This document shows positions 10,084-20,511 of a DNA stretch of 64,000 nucleotides, piece after piece; the first letter of the stretch is position 1; every line of letters starts with the position of its first letter. Made by a program: the position numbers and the translations under genes. The notes under the pieces are model-generated. The model ran no database searches and was not told the DNA's origin. It was given only the letters and a program-made list of their open reading frames with translations. The stretch is taken from assembly GCA_964515905.1 (NCBI GenBank), contig CAZEWK010000089.1:13719-77718 (forward strand), in the 5' to 3' direction. Source of the stretch: an uncultured Rhodospirillaceae bacterium. GTDB lineage: Bacteria > Pseudomonadota > Alphaproteobacteria > UBA7887.

Positions 10084-10125
10084 CCTTTAATCCAAAAAAA
10101 GGTTATACGGGAGAACAACTCCCGC
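10084..10125 (-). terminator. candidate intrinsic terminator after pentapeptide-repeat gene
   Basis: 6-bp GC stem CGGGAG/CTCCCG with a 5-nt loop (10108-10124). The U-tract on the minus strand (plus A7 at 10094-10100) is 7 nt downstream. Confidence 0.3.
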
Positions 10126-10266
10126 AGATTATTTTGAAATATCTGTGCTGAACCTCAATGCTCATTTATTTAGGGTCCAGGTATTACATTAGCAAAGAAA
10201 GCCACAGATCTACTTCTGAAGCAACGTATATAGATGGGACACTCTTAAAATATTAGTTCCCCGGAA

Positions 10267-10941
10267 CTATCTCTCGGGACACCCGGAATTGTCCTCCCCC
10301 CATGGCATTTTAGTTTTACATCTTTTCGCACCCTTTAAAGTGGCCTTTTTTAAATTCGCCCCTCTCAAGTCTGCACCCCGCAAGTCGGCGTTATTTAAGT
10401 TTACCCGATGCAAATTGGTATTTCGTAAATTAGCTCCCCGCAGACTACTTTCTGTCAAATTCGCAGCGCCCATCTTAGCTCCTGTAAGATTAGCAAAATT
10501 CAAATTTGACCGAGTTAGGTTGGCAAAGCTGAAGTTTGCCTCCCGCAAATCTGCATACCGAAGATCTATACCAACTAAGCTTGAACCCCACAAATCTGCA
10601 CCCTCCAAGCTACCATAGTCTATCTTAGCAAACCTTAAATCTGCACCAGCTAGAAGTACTTTTGCCAAATTGCTTCTTGTCAAAATAGCAGCGGACAAAA
10701 TAGTGTCTCGCAAGTCTGCACCGCTTAAATCACATTCGATACAAGTATTCTTTGCCTTTAGCCTGTGCAAGTCGTTCCCATCAACCCCCCACGACGGATC
10801 GTGGAAAACAAAAACAACAAAAATAATTACTCCTACCCAACGGCTACAATAACTTTTCCCGGCTTTCGAACCTGATAGAGAAAACAAATACATGTAAGAT
10901 ACCTGTGTCTTCAGGATTGACTTCATCGCGCACACAGTCAA
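10267..10941 (-). CDS. secreted/membrane-anchored pentapeptide-repeat protein
   Basis: 224 aa. N-terminal hydrophobic segment, then about 30 tandem A(D/N)LxxA(D/N)L pentapeptide repeats. Confidence 0.85.
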   Translation of the reverse strand: MTVCAMKSILKTQVSYMYLFSLSGSKAGKSYCSRWVGVIIFVVFVFHDPSWGVDGNDLHRLKAKNTCIECDLSGADLRDTILSAAILTRSNLAKVLLAGADLRFAKIDYGSLEGADLWGSSLVGIDLRYADLREANFSFANLTRSNLNFANLTGAKMGAANLTESSLRGANLRNTNLHRVNLNNADLRGADLRGANLKKATLKGAKRCKTKMPWGEDNSGCPER

Positions 10942-10989
10942 TTAAAATAGGATGGTTAAGCAGCAATAACGTTGAAAGGAATAGCTTAC

Positions 10990-11676
10990 ATGACAATTAA
11001 CTACAAAATTATTGTGCATGGCAATAATTTAAGACTTAGAGAAGGATTCCTAGGACTTGCAAATGCAACTCTCATTACCTGTGACGAAGGACCATTGTTG
11101 TTTGACGTAGGGCACTACTGCAACCGATCTACGTTAATAGAGGGCTTGCGCCAAGAAGGCATGCAACCTAACGACATAAAAATTATATTTTTGTCTCATT
11201 TACATTTTGACCATTGTAACAATGTGGATCTTTTTCCGAATGCAAAAATTATGGTTAGTCAGCGAGAATGGGAATATGTTGACAATCCGCATGCAAAAGA
11301 CCTTTACATCCCCTGGATGATCAAACAGCAACTCCAGAAACACGACCTCCAGTTGATTAAAGGCCAAAAACAAATTTGCACCGGCGTAGAGTATTTTCCA
11401 GCACCGGGACATACTCCAGGATCATTTGCAATAAAGCTGGATACGAAAGATTATGGCTGTGTTGTTGTAGCCGGAGACGCTTTGAAATATCCCAAAGAAG
11501 CCATTTCCCAGAGGTGTGACATGGCTTTCGATACGGTTGGTGCCGGAACTAACACTATATGTCGAATATTGGATATCGCGGACAGGATTATACCAGGTCA
11601 TTTCCCGGAGCTAATTAAGCAAAACGGATATTTTAGTTGGAACGACGCTGCTGAACTCCCTCTGATGGTTCGTTAA
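10990..11676 (+). CDS. MBL-fold metallo-hydrolase
   Basis: HxHxDH motif (LSHLHFDHCNN) and a later GHTPGS. The ATG at 10990 is preferred over the TTG-start ORF at 10972. Confidence 0.75.
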   Translation: MTINYKIIVHGNNLRLREGFLGLANATLITCDEGPLLFDVGHYCNRSTLIEGLRQEGMQPNDIKIIFLSHLHFDHCNNVDLFPNAKIMVSQREWEYVDNPHAKDLYIPWMIKQQLQKHDLQLIKGQKQICTGVEYFPAPGHTPGSFAIKLDTKDYGCVVVAGDALKYPKEAISQRCDMAFDTVGAGTNTICRILDIADRIIPGHFPELIKQNGYFSWNDAAELPLMVR

Positions 11677-11699
11677 CATATCACGTCCAGGACATAATT

Positions 11700-13250
11700 A
11701 TGCGTCTGATAGATTTTTTTGACCGAGGTGCGTCTCTGAACCCTAAGCAGGTTGCCTTTATGGACGACACCTGCTCCATCACCTATGAAGAAGCACAGAG
11801 ACAATCTCACCAGATGGCAATCGGCCTGTCCGAAACGGGTATTATGCCCGACCATGTAGCAGCAATTTATTGCCCTAACGATGCCCGTGCCTTTTTATGC
11901 ATGTTGGGCATTCTGAGAGCCGGGGCTATATATGTTAATTTGAATAGCCTGAGCCCGATTGAAGAAAATCTCTATGTCTTAAAGAATCGCGATGTATCTC
12001 TTCTATTCATTCATAGCCAGTTTGAAGAGCATCTTGAATTGATTTTGACTCAAATTCCAAAGATAACAAAAATAATTGCAATTGATCGCAGTTTTGGCGG
12101 GCTCACCAGCCTTGCTGAGTGGATAAAAGCGTATCCTTCCATCGCACCAGATATCCCTCGTCAAGCGGATGACATAGCATGCCTTTTTTCTACGGGAGGC
12201 ACGACCGGTCGGTCCAAAGCGGCCATGTTAACCAATCAAGTGTTTTCTACCATGATAGCGAATGCGAACATGGCCATGCCCAATCAAAGCCCACCCGTGC
12301 ACTTAATCGCCGCACCCATAACACACGCAGCTGGACTTACTGCCCTTTGGCTGCTCCCAATAGGAGCAACTAATATAATACTTCGACGTCCTGACCCAGA
12401 AGCAATTCTGGCAGCGATTCCGCGCCATAGAGTAACCACTTTGTTCCTACCGCCCACTCTGATTTATATGATGCTGGCCCACCCCCGTTTACAAGACTTC
12501 GATTACAGTTCTCTTCGTTACTTGATTTATGGCGCCGCTCCAATGTCTGTGGACAAGCTAAAGCATGCCGTCTCAGTCTTCGGTCCTGTGCTTACTCAAC
12601 TTTACGGACAGGCCGAGGCCCCGATGATGTGTACCGTTATGTCAGCGTTAGAGCATAGTCGGTGGTTAGACACAGGTTTTGAAAAACGTCTTGCGAGCTG
12701 TGGTCGGCCTTGCTTACTCACTGACTTAGAAATAATGGATAACTCGGGCAGATTGCTTCCTCCCGAAGAACAAGGAGAAATTGTCGTTCGCGGCAGCTTA
12801 GTAATGGCGGGATACTATAGAAATTCGACAGCGACAGAGGAGGTCAGTGCCCACGGTTGGCACCACACAGGGGACCTGGGCATTAAAGACCAAGAGGGTT
12901 ACGTATATATTCTAGACCGAAAAAATGACATGATTATCTCTGGTGGTTTTAACATTTACCCTGGCGAAATTGAACGAGTTTTGTTGGCTTTACCAGAGGT
13001 CCAGGAATGTGCGGTCGTCGGAATTCCAGACGAAAAATGGGGGGAATCTGTGACAGCAGTAATAGAATTGGTAAGAAGCGCCAAATTAGATGAAGCAACT
13101 GCTATATCACATTGCAAAACAACGCTTGGGAGTGTCAAAGCGCCCAAACGCATATTCTTTTGGGAGAATCTTCCAAGAAGCCCCGTTGGAAAGGTTTTAA
13201 GACGCAAGGTAAGAGATGTCTTCTGGAAGGACCAAGAGCGAGCAATCTAG
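11700..13250 (+). CDS. AMP-dependent acyl-CoA synthetase/ligase
   Basis: 516 aa. AMP-binding motif FSTGGTTGRSKAAMLTNQ and C-terminal GKVLRRK are typical of FadD-like ligases. Confidence 0.8.
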   Translation: MRLIDFFDRGASLNPKQVAFMDDTCSITYEEAQRQSHQMAIGLSETGIMPDHVAAIYCPNDARAFLCMLGILRAGAIYVNLNSLSPIEENLYVLKNRDVSLLFIHSQFEEHLELILTQIPKITKIIAIDRSFGGLTSLAEWIKAYPSIAPDIPRQADDIACLFSTGGTTGRSKAAMLTNQVFSTMIANANMAMPNQSPPVHLIAAPITHAAGLTALWLLPIGATNIILRRPDPEAILAAIPRHRVTTLFLPPTLIYMMLAHPRLQDFDYSSLRYLIYGAAPMSVDKLKHAVSVFGPVLTQLYGQAEAPMMCTVMSALEHSRWLDTGFEKRLASCGRPCLLTDLEIMDNSGRLLPPEEQGEIVVRGSLVMAGYYRNSTATEEVSAHGWHHTGDLGIKDQEGYVYILDRKNDMIISGGFNIYPGEIERVLLALPEVQECAVVGIPDEKWGESVTAVIELVRSAKLDEATAISHCKTTLGSVKAPKRIFFWENLPRSPVGKVLRRKVRDVFWKDQERAI

Positions 13251-13296
13251 ACCAAACGAATCTTTCGTACTTTTAAATCACTAAAAAGGGGTTTTC

Positions 13297-14697
13297 TTAC
13301 CTCAACTCATCAAGCTGTTTCTGGACAGCGCGAGCATCATTGCTATTTTCTGGGAGTTTATCGAGAAGGATTTGCCAGTATTCTTTCGCGTCTTCCTGAA
13401 GCCCTTTTTGCGAGGCGGCAAGACCCAGATACCAAAGAGCCTCCAGGTGATTAGCATCAAGTTCACGTACTTTTCTATAATTATTTTCAGCGATGGGGGG
13501 CACAATCCCACTGGCCATAATCTCCATAGAAATCTCTGCCTGCGCAATCAGGGCAATAATATCGGTAGGTGTTATTGAAAGCGCCCGACCGTACGCTTTG
13601 ACAGCTGCTGGGAGTTCACCTAAAACCCGCCGCGCGTTTCCAAGTCGTTTCCATCCTTCCGGATCTTCCGGATTAGCCTCCAACCGATTTGCTAATCGCT
13701 CTACCATGCTCTGAATCATGTCTGCGCGATCACCGTCAGACATTGCCCCTGCTGCCTCTATATCGGCGGCAGTAGGACCACTGGAACCAGCTGAAGAAGT
13801 ACTTTCTGGTTTATTCTCGAGGGCGCCTGCATTTGCGACTTCTGGGACCATCCGCCCCAGTTCCTCCGATAATTCGGCCAACTGCTTTTGCAATTGCGGA
13901 ACCCATGGCTCACCTGGGTCTGCATCTAACGCTAGCTCACTCCAAATTGCAAATGCGTTTTCCCTTGCGCCAGTCTGAGCATGCGCAAGGCCCAGATAAT
14001 ATCTAGCGATTTGGTGACTAGGATCACTAGCAAGCACATCTTCAAATTGTCGGCGGGCGGCTGGTGTCACCATTCCCTCTCGACTAAACACAATGGCTTC
14101 TCCCATAGCTGTCACTAGATCATTATCCTGCGGGGACAGTGCGATGGCTTCCCGATAGGCGCTAACGGCGTCACCAAATCGCCCCACAAAAGCGTAGGTT
14201 CGCGCAAGCAAGATCCACCCCTCCACCTCATTTGGATTCTCCTTGAGTCTCGCAACTAAACCTTCGATTGCCTGATCAAACTCTCCCTGCCCAACATTTT
14301 GATTATCAAGACCACGGGCAGCTAGCGGTTCATCTTTTAATTGCGGGCTCCCTAAAGTCTGATACAGGCTCGCTGCGAACAATGGCACTGCAACAATCAT
14401 GAGCAGCAAGATCTTCCATTGACCCCAGGTCTTTTTTTCTGGTGTATGATTTTCTAGATCCCGCGCGCCCCCTGCTACAAGAATTCGTCTCTCAATTTCA
14501 GTCTGAGCCGCTTCATGGTCTTGATCTGAGATCAGCCCTCGAGTGTTATCAAAATGCAACTCTTTTAGCTGTTCCCGGTAGACTTCTAGATCATAGCTGG
14601 CACGAGAGACAGCCCTTTTATGAGATCGAAAGAACGGGCGCAGGAGCAACACGAGGGCCCCAAGTGCCATGAAGAGAAATAGCCACCAGGGACTCAT
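13297..14697 (-). CDS. ccmI: cytochrome c-type biogenesis protein CcmI (CycH), TPR-containing
   Basis: 466 aa. N-terminal TM plus TPR repeats. Last gene of the ccm operon. Confidence 0.8.
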   Translation of the reverse strand: MSPWWLFLFMALGALVLLLRPFFRSHKRAVSRASYDLEVYREQLKELHFDNTRGLISDQDHEAAQTEIERRILVAGGARDLENHTPEKKTWGQWKILLLMIVAVPLFAASLYQTLGSPQLKDEPLAARGLDNQNVGQGEFDQAIEGLVARLKENPNEVEGWILLARTYAFVGRFGDAVSAYREAIALSPQDNDLVTAMGEAIVFSREGMVTPAARRQFEDVLASDPSHQIARYYLGLAHAQTGARENAFAIWSELALDADPGEPWVPQLQKQLAELSEELGRMVPEVANAGALENKPESTSSAGSSGPTAADIEAAGAMSDGDRADMIQSMVERLANRLEANPEDPEGWKRLGNARRVLGELPAAVKAYGRALSITPTDIIALIAQAEISMEIMASGIVPPIAENNYRKVRELDANHLEALWYLGLAASQKGLQEDAKEYWQILLDKLPENSNDARAVQKQLDELR

Positions 14698-14701
14698 CTA
14701 A

Positions 14702-15175
14702 TTATTCTACTTCCGTGTCAGAAATAAGTTCCTTGACCCTCTTGCGCTCCAATGAATTAAGCGAGGTTGATTTTCTCCCTACCTTATTCGCGTTTTTAAA
14801 AAACTGAAGCACAGTATATCCCGCCACAAGAAATATTAGTATCGGCCCGAACCAAAGCAAATAGGTCTTTGGTTTAATCGGTGGTTTTAATAAAACAAAA
14901 TCACCGTAACGAGCGACCAGATATTCTGTTATGGCCGCGTTATCATCTCCTAAAGTGATCCTCTCTCGTACAATCTTCCTCAGATCCTTTGCAAGTGCCG
15001 CATCCGAATCAAAAATCGACTGATTTTGGCAAACCAAACAACGAATCTCTTTTGCCAGGTCCCTCGCACGCGATTCCATCAAAGGATCCTCTAGCGGAGA
15101 ATCATTTTCAAATGCCATTGCAACCGATAAGGAAGCAACTAACAACGCCACAAGTGTAAAAATCCAAATCTTCAT
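14702..15175 (-). CDS. ccmH: cytochrome c-type biogenesis protein CcmH (CycL)
   Basis: 157 aa, signal peptide, LRCLVCQNQSI CXXC motif, C-terminal TM. Confidence 0.8.
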   Translation of the reverse strand: MKIWIFTLVALLVASLSVAMAFENDSPLEDPLMESRARDLAKEIRCLVCQNQSIFDSDAALAKDLRKIVRERITLGDDNAAITEYLVARYGDFVLLKPPIKPKTYLLWFGPILIFLVAGYTVLQFFKNANKVGRKSTSLNSLERKRVKELISDTEVE

Positions 15176-15708
15176 TGATTCAACTTTTCAATCAGTGGAA
15201 GCAGGTATTTATCCAAGTCCCTTTGCGTGATCGGACCAATATGTTTGTATCGTATGCGCCCCGACTGATCGATCACAAATGTTTCTGGAACACCATACAC
15301 TCCTAGCTCTATACCCACTCTCCCATCCCGATCTGCACCTATACGACCAAACGGATCACCTAATTCATCCAACCAAGCCCGCGCATCCTTAGACTCATCC
15401 TTATAGTTAATGCCATGCAGTGCAACTACTCCGTCGCCCGCCATCTTCATCAGTAATGGGTGCTCAACTCGACACGGTAAACACCATGATGCGAATACAT
15501 TAATCAGTGACACTTCCCCTCCTAAATCTGAGGATGCCAACCCAATAGTCTGATCATCTAAAGCGGGCAAATCAAAAATTGGAACATTTTTATCCGTTAA
15601 CGCGGTTGGCACTGCTGATGGATCTAATGACAGACCCCTCAGCAAAAAAATACATAAGACACCAAAAATAATAACTGGCAGAAGAAAATACAGCCGACTC
15701 TTATTCAT
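15172..15708 (-). CDS. ccmG: thiol:disulfide interchange protein CcmG/DsbE
   Basis: Thioredoxin-fold WCLPC active site. Start taken at MNKSRLYFLLP; the longer ORF to 15780 overlaps ccmF. Confidence 0.85.
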   Translation of the reverse strand: MNKSRLYFLLPVIIFGVLCIFLLRGLSLDPSAVPTALTDKNVPIFDLPALDDQTIGLASSDLGGEVSLINVFASWCLPCRVEHPLLMKMAGDGVVALHGINYKDESKDARAWLDELGDPFGRIGADRDGRVGIELGVYGVPETFVIDQSGRIRYKHIGPITQRDLDKYLLPLIEKLNQ

Positions 15709-15712
15709 ATAA

Positions 15713-17728
15713 TCAGTGCGCCGTTCTAGATCTGGATGCAGATATTGGCAACGAGTCTTGGCTTCGGCGAGGAGCACCAATCCTGTGGCGCCGATCGCTT
15801 AAAGAAAGGACTCCTCCGAATGCCATAATAAAGGCTCCCAGCCAAATCCAAACAACTAATGGATTGTGGTAAATTCGTGTGGACCATCCTCCTTGGCCAT
15901 CTGGATCTCCTACAACAGCGTATAGATCTGCATTCCACCTAGTGTGAATTCCTGCTTCAGTAGTAGGCTGCTGCTGGACCGGGTAAAACCTATTTTCTGG
16001 CCACAATTCAGTTACGAGACTCCCGTCTCTCGTTACCACGAAATGACCCCGATCGACTGAATAATTAGGGCCTTGAGTTTGGGAAACCCCTTGAAACAGG
16101 TATTCGTATCCTGCAACCGATACTGAATCGCCCGGCTCCATTACTTGAATGGCCTCAATTTTCCATGCGCTGGAAGCTGTTATCCCTGCAACCAAGACCG
16201 CAACTCCGAAGTGAGCACACATCATACCGTAAGTAGACCGAGGTATTCTGATTGCCCGGCTAAAACTTCCTGTCAGGGAGCCTTCCAATAACCGAACCCG
16301 TATCACCCAGTCCCATAGCACAGCAACCGCAAGCCAAGCGCTAATAGCCATGCCGAGAGCACCAAAGACCGTGTTACCCCATTTTTGGTAGACGAACCAA
16401 AACAAAACCAGAAATGATACACCTAGCGCTACCCTCATTCTAGCAAACATACCTGCAAGATCCGAACGCTTCCATGTCAGCATTGGTGCTATCCCTGCAA
16501 GCAGTATCAAGGGTGTCATTAGTGGTATGAACACTGTGTTAAAATAGGGCGGTCCTACTGATACCTTGCCTGCACCCAGTGCATCAACAAACAACGGATA
16601 GAGAGTCCCTAATAATACTGTCGCCGCTGCCGCACTAAGCAACAGGTTGTTAATTACCATACCCCCTTCCCTGGAAACGGGCGCAAAAAGACCCCCGGAG
16701 CGAAGTTTGGGGGCTCTTAAAGCAAATAAAATAAATGAACCACCCACTACAATGACTAAGAACCCAAGTATAAATGCACCTCTTGCTGGATCACTCGCGA
16801 ACGAATGCACAGACGTTAACACTCCTGAGCGAACCAGGAATGTCCCTAAAAGACTCAAGGAAAACGTCACAATAGCTAGAAGAATCGTCCAGGCTTTTAA
16901 GGCATCGCGCTTTTCAGACACAATGGAAGAATGCAACAGTGCGGTACCAGCAAGCCAAGGCATAAAAGATGCATTTTCTACTGGGTCCCAATACCACCAG
17001 CCTCCCCAACCTAGCTCATAGTATGCCCACCAGCTTCCTAGAGCGATCCCAATGGTCAGAAAACTCCATGCCACAAGCGTCCAGGGTCGGACCCAACGCG
17101 CCCAAGCGGCATCTACACGTCCCTCCACCAACGCTGCTATCGCAAAGGCAAACGCGATCGAAAAGCCAACGTAACCCAGATACAAAAATGGAGGATGTAT
17201 CGCAAGCCCTGGGTCCTGCAGCAATGGATTTAAGCCGACCCCATCTAAAGGCGCTGGAGCCAAACGTTCGAATGGGTTGGAAGTGAATAAACTAAAGGAT
17301 AGGAAGCCAATAGCTACCAACGCCTGAACAGATAACACCCTAGCACGCAAAGCCGGCGGCAAGTTACCGCCAAACAACACTATCGCACCACCAAACGTCG
17401 ATAGGATAAGAACCCATAACACCAATGAACCCTCATGATTTCCCCATACCCCAGCAATTTTATAGATCAAAGGTTTGGCGGAGTGAGAGTTATTTGCAAC
17501 GTTGGCAACAGAGAAATCTGACGTTACGTAGGCATTCATTAACGCAAAAAACGCAATCAAAATGAAAATCCATTGACCTAGTGCGGCGGTATTTCCAACC
17601 AACATAAGTCGCTCGTCATTACGAGCAGCACCTAACATTGGCACCACTGCTTGGACCAGTGCGATAGTAAGTGCAAAGATTAAAGCGATGTGCCCAAATT
17701 CAGCGATCATTGTGCACTTTCCTTCCAT
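15713..17728 (-). CDS. ccmF: cytochrome c heme lyase subunit CcmF
   Basis: 671 aa polytopic protein with WGGWWYWDPVEN WWD motif. Confidence 0.9.
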   Translation of the reverse strand: MEGKCTMIAEFGHIALIFALTIALVQAVVPMLGAARNDERLMLVGNTAALGQWIFILIAFFALMNAYVTSDFSVANVANNSHSAKPLIYKIAGVWGNHEGSLVLWVLILSTFGGAIVLFGGNLPPALRARVLSVQALVAIGFLSFSLFTSNPFERLAPAPLDGVGLNPLLQDPGLAIHPPFLYLGYVGFSIAFAFAIAALVEGRVDAAWARWVRPWTLVAWSFLTIGIALGSWWAYYELGWGGWWYWDPVENASFMPWLAGTALLHSSIVSEKRDALKAWTILLAIVTFSLSLLGTFLVRSGVLTSVHSFASDPARGAFILGFLVIVVGGSFILFALRAPKLRSGGLFAPVSREGGMVINNLLLSAAAATVLLGTLYPLFVDALGAGKVSVGPPYFNTVFIPLMTPLILLAGIAPMLTWKRSDLAGMFARMRVALGVSFLVLFWFVYQKWGNTVFGALGMAISAWLAVAVLWDWVIRVRLLEGSLTGSFSRAIRIPRSTYGMMCAHFGVAVLVAGITASSAWKIEAIQVMEPGDSVSVAGYEYLFQGVSQTQGPNYSVDRGHFVVTRDGSLVTELWPENRFYPVQQQPTTEAGIHTRWNADLYAVVGDPDGQGGWSTRIYHNPLVVWIWLGAFIMAFGGVLSLSDRRHRIGAPRRSQDSLPISASRSRTAH

Positions 17729-18150
17729 TGGCCTGATTTTTTCAGGGCATCTGCAACCTCAGGCGGCATATAATTTTCATCATGCTTAGCCATCACTTGG
17801 TCGGCAATAAAATGATCATGACTTTCTAGCTTCCCCTGTACTATAACACCCTGCCCTTCTCGAAAAAGACTCGGCAAAATTCCCTGATAAGAAACTCGAA
17901 TATTTTGGTTTAAATCCGTTATGAAAAAACTCACCGTGAGACCATCATCCTTACGGACAAAAGTACCCTCCTCCACTAAGCCACCTAAGCGAATCCGCTG
18001 ACCGATAGGAGTTTGTCTCTCTGTCAATTCCGTGGGACTGAAAAAAAATACCAAATTGTCACGAAAAGCCCCCACTATGAGTGCCGTAGCGCCCCCAAGG
18101 AACACAGTCGCACTAATAATAATATATAGGCGCCGACGTTTACGGGTCAT
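17707..18150 (-). CDS. ccmE: cytochrome c maturation heme chaperone CcmE
   Basis: 147 aa, N-terminal TM, CcmE OB-fold motifs (LRLGGLVEEG, HxxxY C-terminal region). Confidence 0.9.
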   Translation of the reverse strand: MTRKRRRLYIIISATVFLGGATALIVGAFRDNLVFFFSPTELTERQTPIGQRIRLGGLVEEGTFVRKDDGLTVSFFITDLNQNIRVSYQGILPSLFREGQGVIVQGKLESHDHFIADQVMAKHDENYMPPEVADALKKSGQWKESAQ

Positions 18151-18350
18151 TGGTTTACACCAGTATTCTGATCAGATGATTGACGACGCGCAACCTTTTC
18201 AAGGGCTCCCAGCTTAGAACGAGTGGACCGGTAGCTAGATACCGACATCATAAGCATTCCAGCTAATACTATTAATGCGACGGCATAGGCCGGCCATATA
18301 AATCGAGCATCTCCACCCATAGCAAGATATTCACTTAATTCGTACAACAT
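18147..18350 (-). CDS. ccmD: heme exporter protein CcmD
   Basis: 67 aa single-TM protein between ccmC and ccmE. Start overlaps the ccmC stop. Confidence 0.7.
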   Translation of the reverse strand: MLYELSEYLAMGGDARFIWPAYAVALIVLAGMLMMSVSSYRSTRSKLGALEKVARRQSSDQNTGVNQ

Positions 18351-19111
18351 TACTCTCTATTCCTAGGGCTCTGGGCAACCTGTTGAGCCAACATCACTCT
18401 ATGTGAACGTAAACGCGCCGCAATGATCGTGGAGCGCATTCGAATGAGGACTACTCCAACAAAATATGCCGTATATGCAATGGTCATAGCCATCAAAGGC
18501 CACATCATTGTACTATGGATAGATGGACCCGATAACTTTGATACACTTGCACCCTGATGCAAAGTTCTAAGTTCAAGTAGGTCCACGGAAAACTTTATTA
18601 TAGGAACAAATACTATGCCAACCATCGCTAGTATCCCAGCCGCTCTTGCTCCCTTAGTCGGATCATCAAATGAGTCGAAAAGAACAATATAACCCACGAA
18701 AAGAAAAAATAGAATTAACACAGAAGTAAGGCGCGCATCCCAAACCCACCAAGTGCCCCATGTCGGCTGGCCCCACAAGGCGCCGGTGACTAAGCAAATG
18801 AATGTGAAGCTTGCACCCACGGGTGCGATAGACCTGGCCGCAACATCTGCAAGGGGGTGTCTCCATATCACAGCGATAGCGCAGGCACAGGCCATACTAG
18901 TATAACTAAATAGGGCTAACCAAGCCGCTGGCACATGTATATACATGATTCGGACGGTTTCTCGTTGTTCGTAATCGGGGGGCGAGCCCACTAATGCTAA
19001 ATAGAGTCCAATAGGGAAGGAAACAAGACAAATTGCCATTACCCAAGGTAAAATGCGGCCGGATAAACTCATGAACCGTCTAGGATTGGCATAAAGATGA
19101 AGGTTGATCAT
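18350..19111 (-). CDS. ccmC: heme exporter protein CcmC
   Basis: WGTWWVWDARLTS WWD motif. Start taken at MINLHLYANPRRFMSLSGRILPW; the longest ORF extends to 19180. Confidence 0.9.
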   Translation of the reverse strand: MINLHLYANPRRFMSLSGRILPWVMAICLVSFPIGLYLALVGSPPDYEQRETVRIMYIHVPAAWLALFSYTSMACACAIAVIWRHPLADVAARSIAPVGASFTFICLVTGALWGQPTWGTWWVWDARLTSVLILFFLFVGYIVLFDSFDDPTKGARAAGILAMVGIVFVPIIKFSVDLLELRTLHQGASVSKLSGPSIHSTMMWPLMAMTIAYTAYFVGVVLIRMRSTIIAARLRSHRVMLAQQVAQSPRNRE

Positions 19112-19127
19112 AAAAGAAAACCCGACT

Positions 19128-19793
19128 TTATTCTTGAACCAATCGAAGGCCCGCAGCGGCAGCCCAAGGACATAGTACAATTGCTATCAATAGCAGAGCA
19201 CCAAGCAACATGAGCAGCGGTGTAGCATCAAGACCTGTCAAAACCATATCAACCGCACTTGCGCCTAGAATTAGAACAGGGGTCAATAACGGGAGAACTA
19301 AAAGGGATATTAAAACACTCCCCCGCCTCGTACCAACTACAAGGGCTGCCCCAACAGCACCTATAAGACTTAATGTGGGTGTCGCTAGCGTCATAGCAAG
19401 GACCATAACCAAAAATCCCTTACCATCCATATTAAGTAACAAAGAAAGAATAGGAGCCGCTATAATTAGGGGTACACCCGTGACTATCCAGTGAGCAACA
19501 ATTTTTGCAAAAACGATAGCTTCAAGCGGTAATGGAACCAGCAAGAGCTGATCCAAGCTGCCATCATCCGCATCAACCTGAAACAATCTATCAAGCGATA
19601 ACATTACTGCTAGCAATGCCACCACCCATACCGTGCCTGCCGAGATCCTAGCTAAGATGTTTAACTCGGGACCTATTCCAAGCGGAAATAATACAATAGC
19701 AAGAATAAAAAAGAGTATAACGGAAACTGCGTCACTCGGTCGCCTTAACACAAGGGATACATCTCGACGAATTACGGCCAGTAGGGCGATCAT
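19128..19793 (-). CDS. ccmB: heme exporter permease CcmB
   Basis: 221 aa, six-TM ABC permease, FFILAIVLFPLGIGPE typical of CcmB. Confidence 0.85.
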   Translation of the reverse strand: MIALLAVIRRDVSLVLRRPSDAVSVILFFILAIVLFPLGIGPELNILARISAGTVWVVALLAVMLSLDRLFQVDADDGSLDQLLLVPLPLEAIVFAKIVAHWIVTGVPLIIAAPILSLLLNMDGKGFLVMVLAMTLATPTLSLIGAVGAALVVGTRRGSVLISLLVLPLLTPVLILGASAVDMVLTGLDATPLLMLLGALLLIAIVLCPWAAAAGLRLVQE

Positions 19794-20416
19794 CCGTATG
19801 CTTCTGTGGCTAGAGTAATTGTTTTTGCGTTCTCAATCAGCGGAGCGCCGTGGCTTGAAACAACCACAGTACCACCACCTTTACGATGTTTCCCCAAGGC
19901 ATCGATAAGGGCCGAGATAGCCCACTCATCGAGGCCGACCGCGGGTTCGTCCAAAAGCCATAGTTTGGCTTTAACTGCTAAAAGACGAGCAAGCGCAACA
20001 CGGCGTCGCTGGCCCGCCGAAAGATAGCGCCCAGGCACTTCCGCTATCGTGTCGAGTCCAAAATGACGAAGTGCGGATCCATCGGGGTGGGCACCACGCA
20101 ATGTTGTCCAAAAGCTGACATTCTCTGCAACGGTAAGTGATGGTTTTACTGCATCAAGGTGTCCCACATAACCGAGTTCTTCGCGCCATGTTTCTTGTTT
20201 AGAGATGGGCACGCCGTTCCAAAACACCGTACCGGCGGTGGGTTGAATTAAACCGGCAATTAAACGCAGCAAAGACGTCTTTCCACTACCGTTTGGGCCA
20301 TTTAAAGCTAGCCCTTCCCCTGGCGCTAGAGAGAAGTCTAAATTCTGAAAAAGAAACCTCTCTCCCCTCCATAGACTGATCGCCTGTAATTGCAGTGCTT
20401 GTTTGCTCACATTCAC
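19790..20416 (-). CDS. ccmA: heme ABC exporter ATP-binding protein CcmA
   Basis: 208 aa, Walker A GPNGSGKTSLLR, ABC signature LSAGQRRRVALARL, Walker B LWLLDEP. Confidence 0.85.
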   Translation of the reverse strand: MNVSKQALQLQAISLWRGERFLFQNLDFSLAPGEGLALNGPNGSGKTSLLRLIAGLIQPTAGTVFWNGVPISKQETWREELGYVGHLDAVKPSLTVAENVSFWTTLRGAHPDGSALRHFGLDTIAEVPGRYLSAGQRRRVALARLLAVKAKLWLLDEPAVGLDEWAISALIDALGKHRKGGGTVVVSSHGAPLIENAKTITLATEAYG

Positions 20417-20511
20417 CTCAACGCCATTGGACTATTCGGTGTCCTGTTGCACTTGGTTCGCTCAATATATTGTTTACTATCAAAATAGAGACCAAACCAG
20501 GGAGACGAAAA

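Noticed and set aside
10289-10618. 109-aa plus-strand ORF rich in KFA/KSA repeats, and an apparent 15-nt DNA periodicity across 10.3-10.9 kb that could be taken for a tandem repeat or CRISPR-like array
   Set aside because: The periodicity comes from the pentapeptide-repeat coding sequence on the minus strand. The plus-strand ORF is its antisense shadow. There are no spacer/repeat architecture and no cas genes.
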